DNA of 64,000 nucleotides from the human T2T-CHM13v2.0 reference genome, Homo sapiens. A program made the translations under genes and the position numbers. Below are positions 57,452-64,000 of this stretch, in pieces (the first letter of the stretch is position 1; the number at the start of each line of letters is the position of its first letter). The DNA is taken from NCBI RefSeq assembly GCF_009914755.1, contig NC_060933.1. The stretch is one strand, 5' to 3'. The notes beneath the pieces were generated by a model. The model was not told the origin of the DNA. It saw nothing but the letters and a program-made list of their open reading frames with translations, and made no database searches.

Positions 57452-57500
57452 TTTCAAATAAGGACTTCCAACAAGTAAATATTTTCATTGAGAATTTCAT
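57452..57500 (-). pseudogene. Exon 1 coding part: MKFSMKIFTCWKSLFE (start of signal peptide)
   Basis: Open frame from ATG to a strong donor AAA|GTAAGTA; ends phase 1, matching the next exon. Confidence 0.55.
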
Positions 57501-58381
57501 AGATATTGCCTTTCTTCTATTAATAAATGTATCTAAATTTTTTAAAAATGAAATGTAAATATATTTATTTAAAAATCTCTCTTTCATGATGCGCAATTAT
57601 TTGCTACTGTTCTGGGTAGATAATGTTTAAGCTATGCCCCATTCGCCTGAGAAATTCAGGTTTTCAAAAGTAGGGAACAATGTCTATGCAAATTCCTATG
57701 CTTAATGGTCCAGTTGTATACCCAATAGCAAGCCTTAGTTGCCACTAAATGTCCTAGCTACATGCACCAAGAGAAAGCAAATATTTGTATCTTTCTTTTA
57801 TAAAATATCCTAAGAGAGAATCTAATATACTAATTGAAGCAGTAAGTTCCATAGTGGAGGATTGTTTTTCTCAGAGAAAGGCTTCTTCTCACGATGAGTT
57901 CAAAAATCAGGAGCAAAGTAACTGTGATTTATTTGGTTGAGATAAAAGCAAGAGAGACATGGTCTTAATAGCTGAGATCCCAACTCTGTTACATTTGGAG
58001 GCAAAAAGCAATCCTAAGTGACATGATAAGGAGACAGTCTGGCCTAGGAAGAAGGGATCTGCAGCACCTGTGTGTCACTGAAAACCCTGGCTCCTATGCT
58101 AAGCAAGCACTCCTTCCAATTCCACTATAACTGAAGTTTATGAATGATATTTCCAACGGTTCTAAGAATTAGACATATACCAATATAAAGTAGTATAAAC
58201 AGAGTCATAAGTAACTATACTGAGGCAGGCTTTGGAATTCTATAGCCTACTGCAGTAAAAAAAAAAAAAAAATCTAGAGTGGGTATCATCACGTAGATTG
58301 TCTAAAGAGCACTCCAGATTTTGAGGTATTTCTTCATATGCTGCAGAGAACATTGATGTCAAGTGAGAAGAAAATGGGATA

Positions 58382-58702
58382 CAGTAGCCCAGCCCCCCCC
58401 AATTAGCTGCAAGGTATATGGTTCTAAGACCCTCAGTGGATGCCTGAAACTCAGTACCAACCCTATACATGATATGGTTTTCTCTACGCATATGTACTTA
58501 ACGTTTAATTCATAAATTTGGCATGGTAAGAGATTAACTAATAAAATAGAAAAATTATAACAATATACTGTAGTAAATTTATGTGAATGTGGTTTCTCTC
58601 TCCATAGCTTATTGTACTGTACTCACCTATTTTCAGACTGCAGTTGACCATGGGGAATTGAAACTGAGGAAAGCAAAACTGCAAATAACGAGAGAACTAC
58701 TG
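58382..58702. mobile_element. MER44A-type DNA transposon
   Basis: TIRs cagtag...ctactg with TA on both sides. Confidence 0.85.
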
Positions 58703-58729
58703 TACAAACCTCAATGTACCCTTCCTTCC

Positions 58730-59190
58730 TTCCATTATTTAATGCATATTTAATGAACACGAACATCTACTATGTTGGCAAGCACAGGAGACACACATTG
58801 AACAAGGCAGAAAAGGCCTCTCCCTCACAGTGATTCTGAGGACAGCGAATAAACAGACAAACAAGGTAATTATATTTTGTAATAAATGCTATAAATAAAC
58901 AAATCAGAATGAAGGTAAGGTACAAGTATAATAATTGAAACAGTCTACTTTAGATTAGGTAATCAAAGAGGGTCTGTGAGTTGAAACATAAAAAATAAAA
59001 AGGATCTAGCCATGCAAAGGGTTAGTGAGATAGTTTCCTTTAAGGAGAACAAAATGGTCTAGAAGCAGAAAAACTGCATTATGTACAAGAACCTGAAAGG
59101 TCAGTCTGATTGCAGCAAAGTTACCATGGGCAGCCTGATATTAAATGAAGATGTAAAAAGAAGCAGAAGACAGATTTAGAGGCCAGGAAG
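58730..59190 (-). mobile_element. L2 fragment
   Basis: gaacatctactatgttggcaagcac...ctactttagattaggtaatcaaagagggtc. Confidence 0.65.
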
Positions 59191-59342
59191 CATATATATA
59201 CAATACTTACTGATAACAAGCCTAGAATTTTTATAGAGATAATTCAGCTTAAAAGCACTCTTCACAAGCCTATATGGCACATGAGCTTATATATGACCAG
59301 ACTCAAATCACACATGTAATAAGTCTTAAAAATAGAACTGCA

Positions 59343-59966
<624 letters not shown>

Positions 59967-61063
59967 TCTCCCTCTCTCTCACACACACACACAAACAGAC
60001 ACACACATCATTTTGGGTCAAGAGCAAATTAGTGGTTGTAGAAACTCAAGAGTGACAAAATCACTCAGGAAGAATCCATAAAGTGAGATGGTAAGGGGGC
60101 CTAGATAAGATTCCTGAATAGTGCTAATATTTAAACAATAACTTGGTTAGAAAGTGTCCCTAAAACAATTCTAAAAAGCTAGAGAGAAAGCAGGATCAAA
60201 TAATAAAATTGAAAACTAAAGAGGAATTTTGATTCCTAATTCTCAATAGTTTCAAATTCTATAGAGAGGCTGTCTCAACTGAACTAGCAAATTTATTCCC
60301 TAGGGAAAGCCCTTTCTGAGATGTAGATAAACCAAATAATAATAGGTTGAGAAATAAGTGAAGACGCACCTCACAACCCAACCAAGAAATTCAGTTGTAA
60401 GTGATAGGTGAGCGAAATTCCTGAGAAGGAGCAAATGAGAAATAATTGCTCATATATTTTCTTATTTCTTAATATAATAGATTTGGACAGTTTGATACAC
60501 TCAAGTAAGAGATCTGGCTGAGAGGGAGAATTTTAATATGTAGAGAAGTGACAGCAATTAAGCATAATTCAAAAGAAAGGCAAAGGAGATGGGATTTAGA
60601 GCACAGATTGTGGGGTTGCCATTATTAATATAAGAGCACTATTTTCCTAAATCTTTCTGGCTTCTGATTGAAGACATCCATTAACTCAAAAAGCTGATTT
60701 GTCTCCCTCAATCTGCATACATGTTTGCACTCACCAAGGCTAACACTCACCTCTAAAATGAAATGTAGAAAATAGAAGTCATTCTCAGAAAGATCTTTTA
60801 CTATTTCTTCTTAAAATAACAATTACCACCAGCACTAGTACCAATACAACAAAAATCGAAACCAAGAGTACCGTGTAAAAAATACTTTCACATAGTTTAT
60901 TTCATTTGGACTTCTCATTAATATTCCCAGCACTCTTCTATAAGACTTGTTTCTAAGTGATTAATCGCATGTTATTAAAATGCTTCTTACATGGGATTGC
61001 CTCTAGAAGAAGGCTGAGTGGATTAAATCCCCACCTTAGTCTTGCCAATTCTTTCTTAACAGG

Positions 61064-61456
61064 TATCTTAATCCATTTTGTGCTGCTAGAACGGAATACC
61101 ACGGGCTGGGTGATTATAAACAATAGAAGTTTAATTAGCTCATGGTTTTGGAGGTTAGAAAGTCTAAGATCAAGGAGCCCCATCCAGTGGGAGCCTCCTT
61201 GCTACAGCATAACATGGTGGAAGGCATCATGTGGTGAAAGGGCACTCAAGAGACTGAGGAAAGGGATCTCAGCCTTTTATGAGGAATCCGCATCTACCAT
61301 AACTAACCTACTCCCAAGATAACCATGTTAATCTATTCATAAGGGTGAAGCCCTCATGATCTAATCACCTTTTTAAAGTCCCACCTCTTAACACTGTGGC
61401 ATTGGAGATTAAGTTACCAACACATGAACTTTGGGGGACACATTTAAACCACAGAA
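61064..61456 (-). mobile_element. MST-type MaLR LTR
   Basis: tcttaatccattttgtgctgct...ctttgggggacacatttaaaccacag. Confidence 0.85.
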
Positions 61457-62456
61457 ATAAGAAATCTTAAATGAAAAGATTGCTTTTCTCTGAGCAATTC
61501 TGCCAGGGGCAGCAGCCTGAATCAGCGAGAAAAATGCTTGGGCAAATTCATTTATCATCACTCACCTTTTTAAACTCAATAAAAGAGTAATTGCTATTTT
61601 TTATCAACCTCATTTTCTTTTTAAATCAGGAATCAAGATATTCTTTGCAATTTAGGCAAATTGTAGGTGGGAGACCCAGCTTACAATTGGACAGAAATTC
61701 CCATTTAGTATAATATTAAATAATACTCCTCATTCATAGTGGCTAATTTTACATCTGAACAACTATAATAACCATCTTTACAAAGGGTCTGTGTCTCTAC
61801 TAATTTTATTCTTAAAAAATCCTCTCAGAATATTTTTGCCAAGTATCATAGGAGTTGCCTGGCAACTGCTAAGAACAAATGAAAAGAAAGAGAGGTGATT
61901 TAATAAGGAACTCAGACACAATCAAAACCTTGTAAAATGAACTAGATATCTGCTTTACTCAGAAAAAATAAATACTACCCCTTGATCTGATTTTAAATGC
62001 AAGATGTTAATAACTTATTGTAAATCAGTAATAGAATTAATAAAAGAGAGCAAGACATAGGAACTAACGAAGAGTACCCAATGAAGCATTTAAGAATTTT
62101 TTTTCCAATTCCCTAATGTAGTATGTTCAGCTAGTAGGTCCCACAGCTTATTAATTTACTATACTCACAGGCGACATTCTTTAGAAATCCATCTGTGGAT
62201 GTAGTAAAGTAAATAAGGTAATCATATTTTACCTAGCATGGCAATATGGAAATTTTACAAGTTTGAGAATTTAACAGGTCCATAAGTTTTGCCAAAACAC
62301 TGAAGAACCCATATGCATCAAAGAAATGGAAAGTTATCATCAGTAGGAGGTGCTCAGAAAAAAGAGAAAACTTTAATACGTAGTTCAGTCATTCCTGAGC
62401 TATGTAAGGATTTGACTTAAGATAAAAAAAAAGGGGGATAGGTATACCCATTCTTT

Positions 62457-62990
62457 TGTATTAGCAAAGAATGATTTGGTTGCAAGTAACAGAAAGCTAT
62501 CTTAACTAAGTTATGCAGAAATAAAAATAGATTGGTTGGATACTGAACCATTTCACATAATCTTGGCAGGTATAGAGATGTAACATGTCAGGAACAAAGA
62601 CACAGATATTTGAATGCTTTCAGGACCTTTCCTTTCCATTCCTCATCTAAGCTTCTCTCTGCATGGTGGCTTCCTTCTGCTAGTACAGCTTTGTCCACAT
62701 GGCAAAACGATGACCACTAGCTGAGCCCAAGACCCACTTTTCAAAGTTTCAATAGCAGATATCTGCTTCTCTTTTCTTCTCAAATACAGCTTGAAAAGTC
62801 TCAAGGAAGCACTCAGATTGGTCAGGCTTGGGTTAGGAGCCCATTATAGAATCATCAATGATGGCCAAGTAGTTGGCCCTATGACTGATTGCCCCCACTG
62901 AGATGGAACAATTGAAAAGGAGGAAGAGGAGTTCTCCAAGAGGAGGGCAATGTATTTTGGGGAAGATGAAAAAGCTTTATGCCAGACATA
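62457..62990 (-). mobile_element. Old MLT1 (J/K/L-like) LTR
   Basis: ttggttgcaagtaacagaaa...ctcagattggtcaggcttgggt. Confidence 0.65.
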
Positions 62991-63571
62991 ATGAGTAAGG
63001 AAATGAATACACTTTGACCTTTGGATTTCTGTTTTTTTGGTTTGCCATTTTATGTAACATACTCACAAGTTGACTGTTGATCTCTTTATCTAGATAACTA
63101 GTTATATTTCTCTTTTAACAGGTTTCACTTTTCTAGTCATTCTTCTCATATAAGGATCAGAAAACAACAGTAAAATGGAGAAAGAGGGTTAGGTGCCTAT
63201 AGCCCAGTCTGAGACGAATGATACTTTAGATCACAGAAAAAATACTTTTTAGGAGTTAATCCTAATGTTTTTAAAATTTAATGATAGAACTCACACCTCT
63301 CTTCAGATCAGAACTAAGACCTGGTTAATGCAGCTATACCTTCTCATTCTGTCCATCATACATGCAGTTCATTAGTTGGGTCTGAGTCAGTGCTCAGAGT
63401 ATTAGGTGCTAGTCTAAAAGCACAGGTGACCTGCTCTAAATCAGACATTTCTAAAGTACGGGTCCTAGACAGTAGCTGATGGCTCAAGAAAAATTCTTTC
63501 TTTGGAGAAAAGGGAATTTAATTAACCTACCATATTAACTTTTCCTTCTAGAGGCATCAACTCATTCTTTT

Positions 63572-63960
<389 letters not shown>

Positions 63961-64000
63961 TAAACTTTCTAATTTGCACTTTGAATGGCAGTGTAAAAAG

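Overview
AT-rich, CpG-depleted primate (human-like) genomic DNA. It is dense in interspersed repeats: about 13 Alus (many with TSDs), L1PB/L1MB/L1MC pieces, L2 and MIR relics, THE1/MST/MLT and MER4-group LTRs, Tigger/MER2/MER44/MER5A DNA transposons and many microsatellites. None of the supplied ORFs is a credible gene. Reading the minus strand between the repeats gives a chain of about 14 splice-site-bounded, mostly phase-compatible exon remnants spanning about 57.5 kb down to 26.7 kb. Their conceptual product runs signal peptide, orphan (OR) domains, ZP-N, ZP-C with EHP-like motif, then a possible transmembrane exon. It has colinear motif matches to endoglin (ENG) and betaglycan (TGFBR3), compared against sequences recalled from memory. 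The exons carry stops, indels and some dead splice sites, so I interpret this as an unprocessed, probably unitary pseudogene of an additional endoglin/betaglycan-family TGF-beta co-receptor. One exon is locally duplicated (about 78% identity). Also present: a recent 310-bp templated duplication (98.7% identity, 5141 bp apart) and a candidate CTCF site next to an enhancer-like island. Repeat subfamily names come from recalled consensus features and need RepeatMasker confirmation.
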